This document shows positions 27,341 through 39,930 of a stretch of 64,000 nt of DNA, in pieces. This DNA is from Tubiluchus corallicola (Eukaryota; Animalia; Priapulida). Every line of letters starts with the position of its first letter. Positions within the stretch are counted from its first letter, which is position 1. Under the pieces are notes generated by a model. The model had not been told where the DNA came from, made no database searches, and worked only from the letters and a program-made list of their open reading frames with translations. Position numbers and translations under genes: made by a program. The stretch lies in the NCBI GenBank assembly GCA_030141605.1, contig JAQGDQ010000392.1, forward strand, positions 62,001-126,000, read 5' to 3'.

Positions 27341-28790
27341 TGTGCCACCAAAACATTTAGTAAGTCAGAAATTTGATCGAAGCTCCACAAGGGGCAGTGC
27401 TAGTACCTAAATTAAATCAACATAGCATAAATAAAAGCAAACTAACATAAAATCAAATACAATGATATCATAACATTGGTGCTCAATGACAAAGCACTTA
27501 GGATTCTTATTTAAACTAAAACAAATGACAAATTTGGTCACAGAACTGCCATACCCGTGAGCTACTGGTAAATTTTGGAGTGAGTGACTGATTAAAATGT
27601 AATTTAACATGTCTTTTTGCTGCCAAGTGTTATGAATATTGATTTTTTTTAAACTTCACAAATGATTAAAAAGCAATAAGCCTATAGCAAACACAAAAAG
27701 TTTTGACAACTACTGAATAAAAATTCCCAACTGATTTCAGATTTCCAAATCAATTTCACTTTTACCTTGCATTACACTTTGCAGCAAGTAAGAATACATT
27801 AAAGCAATATTTCATAGGTAAAAGGTGTAAATTCGCACTTTTTACACAAGAGGCACGCATAAGTACACAATTACATGGGTAAGTTAAACTTAGTAAGTTT
27901 GGTGTGAAAGTTGGCGTGCTGCAGTTTTTCAAGGTTTCGCAAATAGTGACTAACTGTGAGTCTTTTATTCTCCTATTAACAAAAATGTGTGAAAAGTGCA
28001 ATATAATGCAAATAGATTGTTTAAGTGCAAATATTTGGCTACAAATTACTAAACATGCCTGGCAAACCCTAATAAATACAAAGTACAGCATCAACAGTAA
28101 TAACCAATAAGGTTTTACACTCAGTTACAGTGTAATGTGTAATCAGGTTTAAAAATTTTAGGTGTGCATCACAACTTTACATTTTTACAGCCTGACCTTA
28201 AGGGTAACAATGTTTAATTAGCTCCTATGAAACTGACCTATTATACTAGCAAATATAGAACCTTTCCATGGGGCAAAACATTAGGCTTAGTAGTAATAGG
28301 CCTAATCACATCCATTTGTGCTTAGTGACTGCTGTATCCGTAAAATGAGTTTACAATGTAATAGTTAGAACATGTACGAGTTAAAAAAGGAGAACTGAGA
28401 GTTGATATAATAGAGTACTAGTAGACATAAGCTCATTTTCAGGTTTAGTTCATGCTTTAGCAGAATACCCTACTGCAGAGAAAGAAAAAACTGAAGGGCC
28501 AAAATCTACAATATACCATAGGCAATAAATTAGTTACGTTGTATTATCAATGTTTAAAAATCGCTTCAGTGTGTGACTTGTTTAAGGTGCTGCTTATCTT
28601 CGTATTTCTGACTGCCAAAGTTAAAGATATTCTATTTGTTAAAATTGGCTGTTAGCAGTCTCATCAAAGATGCCTCTATATAGGTACTTATATTTATAAA
28701 TGCGAGGCACGTGTTTATTAGGTTTTGTGTCAGTGCCTGAGTAATACAGTGTATAGCTGGGATGTTACGGGTACGGCTAGACTGAGTTAT

Positions 28791-28835
28791 GAAGTAAAGC
28801 AGTGCTAAGTCTGGTTAGTGCAAGGATGGATTTTT
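28791..28835 (+). other. 5S rRNA internal-control-region-like fragment (5S pseudogene or 5S-related SINE segment)
   Basis: GAAGTAAAGCAGTGCTAAGTCTGGTTAGTGCAAGGATGG aligns without gaps to 5S GAAGCTAAGCAGGGTCGGGCCTGGTTAGTACTTGGATGG (28/39 by my count). It is followed by a T5 run. Confidence 0.55.
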
Positions 28836-29459
28836 GAAAATTTACAAATTCAATTTCATTCAACCTTCTGCACCCCTTTTGGGATATCAAAGCACACACA
28901 ATATAACAGCTGAAGGAAAACATGAAAGCCAATATTATCATTACAATGTCAACGTTAAAAGAAATTTACAGTGTTGCCACATCTAGTGCTAAGTGGTGAA
29001 AGTCCTTCAGCAACATTACAAACATACTGAGTTAAAACGAAGCAGATAGTGAAGTTCATAAGTCATCCTTAAACAGCTTAAGCACGGGATTTATCAGAAA
29101 ATAATAACAACAATCCTGTATGCCTGTATGACTAGATGGAGCAATTCACAGTTAAGGGTGCTCAGGGAAAGCTAGCAGTTTTTTACCCGCCAAGTGCCAA
29201 TGTAACTGGAGACAATAACCAATACATACAGCAATTTAATAGAATCGTCATCGAATGTTCGTTGCGTATTGTACAGGCAGATTCCTAATCTAAAAGAAAT
29301 TTGCATTCAAGACAACTGTAAACACTGTGTACACAGCAGTTAGTCCAGCAAACAGCAGCCTGGCACAGTTTAATCAAATTATGAGGATGGGAGTCCATTT
29401 AGGTAATTAGATTTGTATTAGTTACACTGCACTATCTAAAGAACCTGACTCTAGGCGAT

Positions 29460-29760
29460 GGCTGACTCAAGGCTAATAGAAATAAGAGAAGCAGCCAATA
29501 CTAAAAAATGAGGCTATTTATCTTGAAAAGGAAAGTAACGTGATCCGACCATCTGAGAGTGATATGACACCTATTATAGTTGTGCAAGACTGCACACGAC
29601 GACTTCCCGACTTGCCATTCATCTTATTGATTACCACTCCATTTTCAGCATTTTCCTGCAATTACCTAGAAAGAACCACATCCGATGCAGGAAAGGCATG
29701 TCAACAGGGTAATCAAGCCAATCAGCGGAACGTCTAGGCGCTAGGCCATCGTATAGCTTT
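29460..29760 (-). promoter_or_regulatory. Candidate promoter and non-coding first exon of the GDPD5-like gene
   Basis: Local GC/CpG rise, NF-Y-type AGCCAATCAG (29716-29725), AP-1 TGACTCA (29463-29469), and a minus-strand donor TAG|gtaatt near 29665. An unpaired acceptor opens an exon at 27406, upstream of the ATG. Confidence 0.4.
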
Positions 29761-30733
29761 TTAACCGAGAAAGTTAGAAATGAAATTTCCCAGTAAAATG
29801 ATTACCATTTTAATTGCAACAAATTATCAATTAAATTCAATTTATTGCGCAAATATGCAATTAACATTACATACGTTGGTAAGTACAAAAAGAAAATTGT
29901 ATACAGGTAGAACTACGGATTACTATTATACATACAAAAAACTGACGTACTGCTACTTAGTTATACTATCTATTATGAGATACGCATCGACTATTACAAT
30001 TGTATTATTAATCAAACTGATTGAGATTTTGGCTGCCCAATGATACTAGCCAGTAGTAATAGATACTATAATTAATCATCACAGATTGCAAAGCTTTATA
30101 TTAATTACTATAATTATGACTATTATTAACAGGATACATATTGACTAGTTCAACATACAGCATCAAAATTAACTGAGAGTTTGCTTTTGCGATCGCATAC
30201 CAGACAACAACATTAGAGTTACTGGACACACTTTGTACAAAAGTCGATCACAAAATATGGAACCTACCTGATCTAGCTACAATGTAATACTCAAATATAT
30301 TCTAATTATTGTATTTTTTGTAGCTTGGAATATCTGTTCTTGACCTGATTACTAAAAACGACTATAAATACGAACAAAATTAATTTATAAACTCTTAAAA
30401 TGATATTGTTTAAACTCTAAATCACTTAGGCCTACAGACAGTCGACTGGCCTGATCACTTTGGCCTACAGACTTATTTCACGTGACATTCATAAGTTCCA
30501 TTACGAAACAATTACAAGGTTTTAAGAGATTAAGAATTGTAAAATTAGTGCAATTAGTAGAATCCAGCTTTTGTCACATGTGAGAAAAAATGATAAGGAA
30601 ACGCAAGCAACAGAGATTTTGAAAGAAGTAACTTAGTTAGAATCGTGAGGCAATAACACTTTGTTTGTTTGTTGACTTCATATTGATCAGATTTTCATGA
30701 TCAGACCAGTATGTTTAGCATCACCATCTGAAC

Positions 30734-30966
30734 CAGGGGCACCGGCAGCAAATTACAGGGGCAAGGGCAGCATTTAGAAAAAGGGCACATTTTGTTTACC
30801 CATATTTCTGTAGTCACGCTAATGATGATAAATGCTTCGGGGTAATCATGGATAACCGCACATTTTTCCATGTAGAAGGCAAAATTCTGGTCCCACACTA
30901 CCCCCTTGGGAAAAGCTAGGGGGGGGGGGCGCTGCCCCATCTGCTCCCTTGGCTCCGGCGCCCCCG
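30734..30966. mobile_element. hAT (Tip100-like) MITE, 233 bp
   Basis: TIRs CAGGGGCACCGG and CCGGCGCCCCCG; 8-bp TSD ATCTGAAC (30726-30733) / ATTTGAAC (30967-30974). Confidence 0.85.
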
Positions 30967-33015
30967 ATTTGAACAAAATTAAACAAATGAAAATACAGCA
31001 CAGAGTTTCACCGAGTAAAATTAAACTAAGATTTTCCGTAAATTTTCTATATATATTTTGTTTTCATAATAATTTAATATTATTTTAAACAGTGAAATCA
31101 ATCGATTTTTATCTGGCTTCCTGCATACGAGTAATACTGGTTTCTAGATAGAAACCTCTACACACCGCCTTCTCTAGAACTCATTTCATCAAGGTAAATT
31201 CCTGATTTATCTTGTTACTTGTTGCCAAGCATAATAATTGAACAGAAATGCTGATAAAAATAATCTCAGTCATAAAAATGGTTGTGCTGTTGTGATCAAT
31301 CAACAGTTGCTAGGCAGAAATATTTTCTACATAGATTTCTAAAGCTTGCTTCAGCGCTTAAAGAAATCAAGAATCTGCAGTTACGCCCAAAAAACAAAAC
31401 TACGTGTACACACCTACTAATCACTAATGTATGATAAACCTGAATGCAAAATTCTGATACCTAATTTAATTTCCTTAGCTTTGTGTGAAATTTACCAAAT
31501 ACAAGTATAACTTAAATACTAAACTTATCCAACAGTTAAACTGGTGGGAAATTTTTGGAGACACATAATAACTTCAATAATATTTATATTGCATTAGTTA
31601 ACTTAACAAAATTCAAAACTATAGCCCATTTTAATAACTAAAACCAAAGACCTCACCATATTAACAATGTAAACTCTATTTTAATAATACCTTTCATCCA
31701 TTCATCTGAGTCAAAGACTAACAGAAAACCATTTTTCAAATTTCACTTCTTGATTTTCTCTTAGTTTTACTGTCTTCTCATGACTGCATATAGTAAGGAA
31801 ACAAAAAGGCTTCAATAAAATAGTTTACACAATTAATTTGTCTCTACATTTGGCAACAAAATTCACCAAATCTTCTATACCTGTAGATATTTATAATTAC
31901 AGAACTCCACGGGTAACAAATGAAAAAAAAATTAATGAAAGATTAAACGATTCAAATAAAATAAAGCCAAAGAAAAAGGATTGACTATCATGTCATAGTA
32001 TGAAGGCTGCATCTACAAGAAAAAGAGAAAAAATTGTAGGACTGACATACAGCAATTTTAGACACGCCTCAACCATGCTGCTTTATTGACCATAAAACTC
32101 TTAGTCTTTAGATATCCATCAACGTAAGCACCAGTAATAAACGTGTCACCCCTTGTGTAATCAGTAGGAATGCCAAGTAGTACATAAGTCGTCAGTAAAA
32201 TAAGTAGAGTGAACAGCCCATTAGTCGCCAGAGGCCATCGTCAAACTATAAGAGTGAACAATGGCACCTGTAGAACAACACTAAGACTTTCATTTTTGCT
32301 CAAAGCTTTTGTTAATTACTTTCCAAGAGCGTAACTGCAAATGAACTAACTGATAGTGGTTTCTCGTTAAACATTTTACAGGGAAAGTTACAAGTGATAG
32401 TACCCTGTTAGATGTTAGCAAACTGGTGATGCAATATTGAAAAGTTGGAATTGCATAAGTATAAGGTGCCTCAGTCCCAGAAGTCACATTGTACTATACA
32501 TTGTCCATATTTTTAACAAACACGGCAAAATGTTTGAAAACTGGTACAGACAAACTAAAACTTTGGGCAACTAGTGCACAGGCAGGCTATGCTATCTTCA
32601 TTACTTTCTTAAGGACCTCAACAGTATCAGAGGCGAATCCAATGACAAGTCGGGCATCTTGCATTAAAAAATTCTCTTACAGCCCACGAATAGTATGAAG
32701 GCTGCATCTTGTCGAAAAACTACAATGTTAATAGCGTGGTCCGAACTGTGTTCTGAATTTCCGTTGAACTTCAGTTGGTGATAAAAAGACCTCTTACCAC
32801 ACTGATTTTGCACCTCATTTGAAATGTTACTGTCATCGCCATTGCAATTGGGTTCCAGTGAAAAAATATATAAAAAAATTGCCAAAGGCCACTTTTGATT
32901 TATGTAACAGCTTGCTGAGACTGAAAAAAGATTTAAAATAATTAAATTGGAAATTTATAGTGACTTTTGAGACACCCTGTATTATCAAACGTCAGAAGAT
33001 TTTTTCAAGCTTATT

Positions 33016-33156
33016 ATTCATTTGTTTCACTATACAGACTTTGAATTACAGAAAAAGTACAGGATTTAATATTGCATTTTGAACATTCATTTGTTGTTTC
33101 ACTATACAGACTTTGAATTACAGAAAAAGTACAGGATTTGATATTGCATTTTGAAC
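33016..33156. repeat. Tandem duplication, 2 x ~70 bp
   Basis: ATTCATTTG...TTTCACTATACAGACTTTGAATTACAGAAAAAGTACAGGATTT.ATATTGCATTTTGAAC at 33016 and 33085. Confidence 0.92.
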
Positions 33157-34749
33157 AAACCGAAAATAAATGACTTATGACTTAAACAAACTTAAACAGA
33201 TATGTGAGAAAAGTAAATTCAATATGGAAAATTTCGGCTACTTGTGTCCTTGTTGTGTCATGTAATAAAATGCATTTACCCGTACAATGAATAATTTATT
33301 AGGTCTGATCATACTCTGTATCAATTTATATTCAATGCACGACCAATACTTTTGTAATAAATCTGCTTAAATACTCGTACCGCTTCACATTTATGAGAAA
33401 AACATAAGTACTTGAATTTAACGTAGAAAATAATGCTTGCAAATACCCATGCTTTCTTTTTTTAAGATTAGAATAAAAGTTACAGAATTTGTTTACTAAA
33501 ACGATTCTTGCCAGCCGTGCTTTTCAATGCTCATGCGACACCACACTTTACGCTTTAACATGATGGTGAAAGTACACACTTTTGACTGCAAATGTGCCCT
33601 ACATTAGTTAATAGTTACATGTCCTATTGTTTCGTTTCGAGAGCAAGTCAGATTCTCACTACATTTAGTGCTGAAGAAAATGTTGTAATTTTTTACATTT
33701 ACATAATGCAGATCATACAAGGCTAAGTGATCGCTAATGCAGATTTTACAAGGTTAAATGCTTAATAAATGCTTCAGAGTTGAAACCTATTTAAATGACA
33801 ATGTGATTATGCAATGCTCGAAGTGGCACATATACACACACACATATATATGTTACAAAAAGTGAATTCTTACTTCAGGCGAGCTTCAAGAATCAGGGTT
33901 GCAAAATCTTTTTGCATATTTAATGGGTAAAAAAGTACTAGGATAACATGACACAACACTGAATGAAAGTCAAAACACATAGAAGCTCAAAATAGATTCA
34001 GCAGTTTTATTAAAAACTGTGCGTCTGTGCATAAGTGCCCTATTGTATGGAAATTACTGCCACCGGGCCACATACTTTTGTGTAGTTGTTGTTTTCGCCT
34101 CTAATCAATTTGAAAAATTTGTATTTTAAAACCAACATATTTTTAAAGAATGATTCCTTTACCATTTCAGCAATTTTTTTTAAATAGGTCACATATACGA
34201 GTAGGGCTACAGTTTAACTAACTCATTAGCCAGCATTACACTACGGTAAACACAAAACAAGTGAGTTTAAAATGACTAACTGTTAGGGGTGCCATTTGTG
34301 AGTTTTTCTTAGAACTTCCAAATTTGTCTAGAAACTGCCCAATGAAAGCACTCTGACGGCAAAATCGCTTAGAAAAATACATGCAGAAAGGAAAAATATA
34401 CAGATGTTATCAGTGAAAAAAGCCACAGTTGCTGTTGAAAGATGTTTAGTGGAGTCATGGCCATTCAGTAAATGGTGTTGAGAAGAAATAGTCATTATAA
34501 CATTGTTAGAAGATGTGAAATACCACATTCTTATCCTTCAGTTAGTTGGAAAGATCTGTTAGATTGCATAAGATTTTAAGATTTACTTATTTAGCCAACA
34601 TAAACATTCATGCAATTACAAATTTATGTGTGCCAGTAACAACATAATCTTGACCAACCACAACAGATTATAACAGATTAATTCCTAATGAGAAGAATAG
34701 TGATGTGAATAAAAAAAAATCCCACAATGAAAAATTAAGAAAAAAAATT

Positions 34750-35600
34750 TGCATATTCGATGAGTGGCTTCACTAGGACTTTATATATTGACAAGATGAT
34801 GTCTCTGTTCCTACTCACAATAGTTTGAGAGATAGTTCCTAGTATCTGATTTGTCTTGGCAACTTTAACACATGTATGCTGAACTTGAGTTGGTCAACCG
34901 CAACAACACCCAAATGTTTCTCAGAAGTAATTACTTCTAAGAAATTCTGTCAAATTGATACTGATATTAAGGTGTGTTCTTCCCAAGGTGTAGAACTTTG
35001 CATTTTCTATCTGATGTGTTAACAGTCATTTGCCAGAGCTTGGCCCATTGGTTTATCACATCTTAATCAGCTTACAAATCAGCAGCAGTTTACGGCAAGG
35101 ACACACAACTGGCAACTTTAGTATCGTCTGCAAATTTGCTCAGTTTCGAGATGATACCACTATCAATGTCGTCAATGAAGACCAAGAACAACAATGGTCC
35201 AAGGACGCTACCGTGGGGCACTTCAGAAAGAACTTGGAACATCAATGATAGTTTGTTCTATATCGCCACCATCTGCTTTCTATTTATCAACCACTTTTGC
35301 TCCAACTAAAAAGTTTACCACAAACAGCTTGACAAGACGATAGGAGGCCCTATCAAAAGCCTTAGCTATGTCCAAATATATTATTATAACTGAAGAAAAA
35401 CTCCACAGCTGAAGAAAATTATGCACATCTGATGCAAATTATGGAGAATAACACCTCCTGACCAAAATTTTATCAAAGTAATATTAAGTTACTTATATCT
35501 TATAATCAACGTAATTATTCAATGATGTAATAGACAAAATTTGAACAATCGGAAGAGTATGCTAGAGGGTCGGGTAAATTTTCTGGCATTTCATTCTCCA
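34750..35600 (-). mobile_element. Degenerate CR1/L2-group LINE reverse transcriptase fragment
   Basis: Minus-strand translation across stops and frameshifts gives [53 protein letters not shown] and YKVLVKPLIEYA. Confidence 0.88.
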
Positions 35601-36174
35601 CAGAGCATTAGGCTTTAAAGATGAGACCTATGAAGACAGGTTCCACTTGTCCACGATGACCAGTATGAAGTATAGACATGAACATGGTGACCTCACCGAA
35701 AATTTTCTGAAGTCTGGAAATTTTTGCATGGTTGTTATGATACTTCTACCTCTTCATTGTTGCTAGAGTTCATTAAGACTGGAGATGTTCAATGGCCTAC
35801 CACAAATGACCATGGTTTCAAGTTACCCAAAAGCAGAGCCACTAAATCATAGTGTTTTTTTTTGGCAATTGCGTGGGTATCGCATGGAATGTATTGCCAG
35901 CACAAACTGTTTCAAAAATCTATCTGACGATTGCTAGGCTGCCTATTGTTACGCTACACCCTATGGAGCTTTTGCTTACAATAACATCCACGATTAGGCT
36001 TGCTGCCACTGTTCCTGCTAACTTGGTGTTTTTCTGAAACTTCTGTTTATTTTGTTTTGGATACTGATGTGAGATAAAACGAAAGGACTAACACTACGGC
36101 TGCAAAGATGGTACATGGTAAAATAACGTTTAAATAATAAAGTTAGATACTAAAGTTTTAAGACGACAAGTTCT

Positions 36175-36349
36175 CCACAAAACTGTTATTGTTGGTATCA
36201 TAAGACGAAATTCTATACATTACTGGGCTCTTATAAAAATAGTGGCTAGTCGTGCCATGTCCACAAAACTGTTATTCTTGGTATCATAAGATGAAATTCT
36301 ATATATTAACTACTGAGCTCTTATAAAAATAGTGGCTAGTCGTGCCATG
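36175..36349. repeat. Tandem duplication, 2 x ~86 bp
   Basis: CCACAAAACTGTTATT.TTGGTATCATAAGA.GAAATTCTATA...CTCTTATAAAAATAGTGGCTAGTCGTGCCATGT occurs twice. Confidence 0.92.
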
Positions 36350-37535
36350 TTGTTTTAGAAGAGATAAAGTTAGGATCAATCACTGTAATAACAAATGTAT
36401 GCATCGTCACGTTAATTCTGTAAATCTAACTTAGATTTTAAAATTAGATCGCGATCTTACAGCGACCTTATCATTATGAGTCCTTCTTGTTTGTCAAAAT
36501 GCGGTAATTTCAGGTAAATGAAAGTTTTAATAAAGCAATAAAATATTGGCCAACCTACCACGTTATGCCAAAAAAATCACCAAGTAAATCTTGTCCATCT
36601 CTAGTCCAAACTACTTCTAGAGACTGAGCTCATAAATCATGAAGAGACTTTAATTATAATGACACGTATAACAAATGAAGTCTTTACAGCAGCAATCTGA
36701 TAAGTTGTGCAGTACTAACTTCGAATCAACTTCACAACAAGAATCACAATACCAACTCACACAATACGAACACATTCTTCTGACTCACTTCAACGATTTT
36801 CGTCTTCGCTTTCGCCTATTTGAGGATCCTGCTCTTTTTAAGCACGTGGCGACGTCTGTCGCCAGAAAACCTTTTATTATTAGGGATTTAAGAGATTTAT
36901 TGGCATACAGAAAAGACATAACAACACAGCGTAATAAACATAAAAACATCTAGTGAGATGTATTAGGTGGTCATAAAAAATTAATATATAAAAATTAGTA
37001 TATTAAAATAACGACTGCAACATATGACAAAACTTAAAATAAGTACTGATGACATAATAATTTAATTTATTGTCTGACTATAAGCAATTGCTGTTGTTGA
37101 TAGATAACAGGCATTTCTTATGGTAGTAAATAATTATAAATATACTATTTTGTGTTAAAAGCTATAAATTATGCGTACTTTAATCTATATTTTTATTGTT
37201 AAAGATAAACAAAAGCTACAATTTCGGTATCATTAGATTCTAAAAGAAATTTGTCGTTTGACATAATAGAAGTCTGAGCACAAGCTGTTAATTTTATTGA
37301 AAAGGGCAGACCACGGGTGCATCATAGCAACAAGTCCGCTTCATTTTCTATTTTATTTAAATTTCTTCTCTTATCAGTGTCCAGTATTTTGTACGCGTAA
37401 TGTACTATTAACGTACAGTACAATATACGCATTAGTACAGTGTTGCTGGTAAAAAAGGAACATATGTGTTACGTGCCACTGGCGAACAAAAACAATTTGT
37501 TTATGGATAAGATCTTAACATAGTGTAGAAGTTTT

Positions 37536-37650
37536 ACTGGCGAACTGTATTAGTGGCAAACTGTATCACTGGCAAACTGTACCACTGGTGAACAGGTACT
37601 AGTGTCGAACCGTATCACTGCCGAAATGTCAAATGGCGAAATGAGGGAAT
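37536..37650. repeat. ~16-bp tandem array (~7 units, ACTGGCAAACTGTATC)
   Basis: Units start at 37536, 37552, 37568, 37584, 37601, 37617 and 37632. Confidence 0.85.
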
Positions 37651-38639
37651 AATAGATAAAACAATGTGTTCTGTTTAGTGAAGTCCAGCTTGAGCCCCAG
37701 TGAATTTACGAACCATTCTGTTCACTTCGCATACTAAATATATTTGGCGGCATGTGATTGATACGTTTAATTTTCTGTTGTTTCAGTAATAATTTGATGC
37801 AATAAGCTGTTCGTACTACTTCTGGTTGTTTTTGTACACCCTTAACAAAAATTATGTTACACCCTCTATAATGAAAAACAAGTAACGTACCTGTGGCGAG
37901 GAAAAAGACAAAAATCAGATAGAGAAAAACCTGGTCTACGTGATTTTAGAATCAGTCTTGCAATTTCTTATAATTTAGTTATGGCACTTAAATTCTTGCA
38001 TACCCGTTATAGTATACATATGCACTCTGCTACATTATACTGCTGGAAAAATACTTGATCTAATAAATAATTATTGTTCTATACTATTGCACTGTATATT
38101 CTGGGCATTTCATGATTTCAGCAATATGCGGGGTTTGTGTTGTTAACCAGCTTTGCCCTGTTACATCTTAACAGCTTAATTATGGGTTTCAGATATTTCA
38201 GTCAAGTTTTTGCTAGTGATGCAACGTATATAATTTAATATAAGTAGGCCTGTTTAATATAATTATGCTAAATAACTTAATTGTCGATTGCTATGCTTAT
38301 AATTGGTATTTCAAATACCTTAGTAAACTGCAAATTACGCCGGTAGATTTTTTGGCGGAATTATGTTTCTGCTGCTCACCTTTGCACAGAGTTAGTTGTT
38401 AGCACAACAATTTCGAAACCATGATTAAGTTCATCCTTACATAACTTTAAATGCTGCCATTGAAATACAGCGCAAAAATACAGAAACGTTGTTTATCTAG
38501 CATCGTATGTTTTAAAGAAGCAGCAACAAAATTTAAAAAGATTTGTTCTTGAGAAAGTGTGTTACTAATTTTACTTTATAGCAATGTCCAGATGCAAAAT
38601 CACTCACAAAATCGTTTAAGTTCCATCTTCACGTTGCTT

Positions 38640-38870
38640 CACACTGACGGTGTCGCGCGAATAGATCTTTCTTTCATACGAACTTACTATCGTTAAAGTT
38701 CCGAAATCAAAGAATAAATTTTTATGTGACGTCATCTGCGGCTAAGAAATTGTAAACAAGATTGTGTCTGATCCATCTGATGGTTCATGCTTATTTTAGG
38801 TTTTACACCTTTTTCTGACCATACGGTTCTTACATTCTTGTAAAAATTCATCGTATAGTTATGAGGTACG
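38640..38870 (+). promoter_or_regulatory. Candidate AKT promoter / 5' UTR exon region
   Basis: CpG cluster GTGTCGCGCGAA (~38650), perfect CRE TGACGTCA (38727-38734), forkhead GTAAACAA (38752-38759) and a donor GAG|gtacgt (GT at 38866). An unpaired acceptor at 43621 lies 19 nt before the AKT ATG. Confidence 0.45.
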
Positions 38871-39106
38871 TCATCTGCTGTGATTTATTAGGTTACGTGG
38901 ACCTACTGTGTTTAATAAAACGACCGTAGATCCTTGTTTAAGAATACTATACAATATTGTTAAGATTTGTGTTTCTATATCATTGAATGGTTTAGTGACA
39001 TTAATTCATAGTTGGCATTGAGCGTGTCACTCTCATTGTACTTGTAAATGTACTTATGTTACATTACTTGGGAGACGATTCCATGAACTAATTACACGAT
39101 GACTAA

Positions 39107-39519
39107 TGGCGCGTTAAGACATGGAGACTTCTCTCGTAACTTGTTGCGCAACCTCTCTCTGAGATTAAAATCGCACGTGCGAATGCTATGCACGTGTGAC
39201 TTATTGCAAACTCAGCGAGAGTTGACTAGGGCAATAAGTTGCAAGAGAAATTGCCAGATTGTTCACACGTGTGACTTAACTTTCAGAGAGACGTTGTTAA
39301 GCCATTCACACGTGCAACTGCATTGTCAGTTTTATCACTGATCGCTGCTGACTAGATGACCAATTGGTTTTTCGCTGCCCTTTCTTTACAATTTTTTTCC
39401 AAATTATTATTTGTGTTATAACTGTGTGTGTATTGCAAGATAAATGAAAGGTTATATTATATGTCAGAAAGAAGTTGCACTGCAAGTTGTGAGAGAAGTC
39501 TCTACGTCTAAACATTCCA
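39107..39519. mobile_element. PIF/Harbinger-like MITE
   Basis: Long imperfect TIRs: TGGCGCGTTAAGACATGGAGACTTCTCTCGTAACTTG versus the reverse complement of CAAGTTGTGAGAGAAGTCTCTACGTCTAAACATTCCA. Both ends are flanked by TAA. Confidence 0.72.
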
Positions 39520-39649
39520 TAAGCAAATGTTTCCATACATCAGTTTTAACACTAGTAGGACAAAAACGCTTATCGGGAGGTCTTTAAAGCTGGAAATTTC
39601 ACGTATTATTTTATCATTAACTGCGTAATTATAATAAACATGACTTTTC

Positions 39650-39930
39650 ATACATAACACTGCACACTTAACAAGCTTCTTCTGCAAAAGTCACTGATCA
39701 GACCATGTTCGAATAGAATCAAGGTCAAGCTGAAGTATTGCACAGTCAAACTGAGACTTGAGACTCGATTTCTCTAAATAATTTAATGTCATCCACAAAC
39801 ATCATTATATTGGACGAAACATAATCTGGAATATTATTTACATATAAAATAAAACAATATGGGCCACTTATTATTCCCTGAGGTATACCACTCTTGACAA
39901 TCTTCCAGTCAGCAGCAACACTTTTTGTAC
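39650..39930 (-). mobile_element. Degenerate CR1-like LINE RT fragment
   Basis: WKIVKSGIPQGIISGPYCFILYVNNIPDYVSSNIMMFVDDIKLFREI in ORF 39746..40138 carries the PQG and F.DD RT motifs. Confidence 0.85.
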
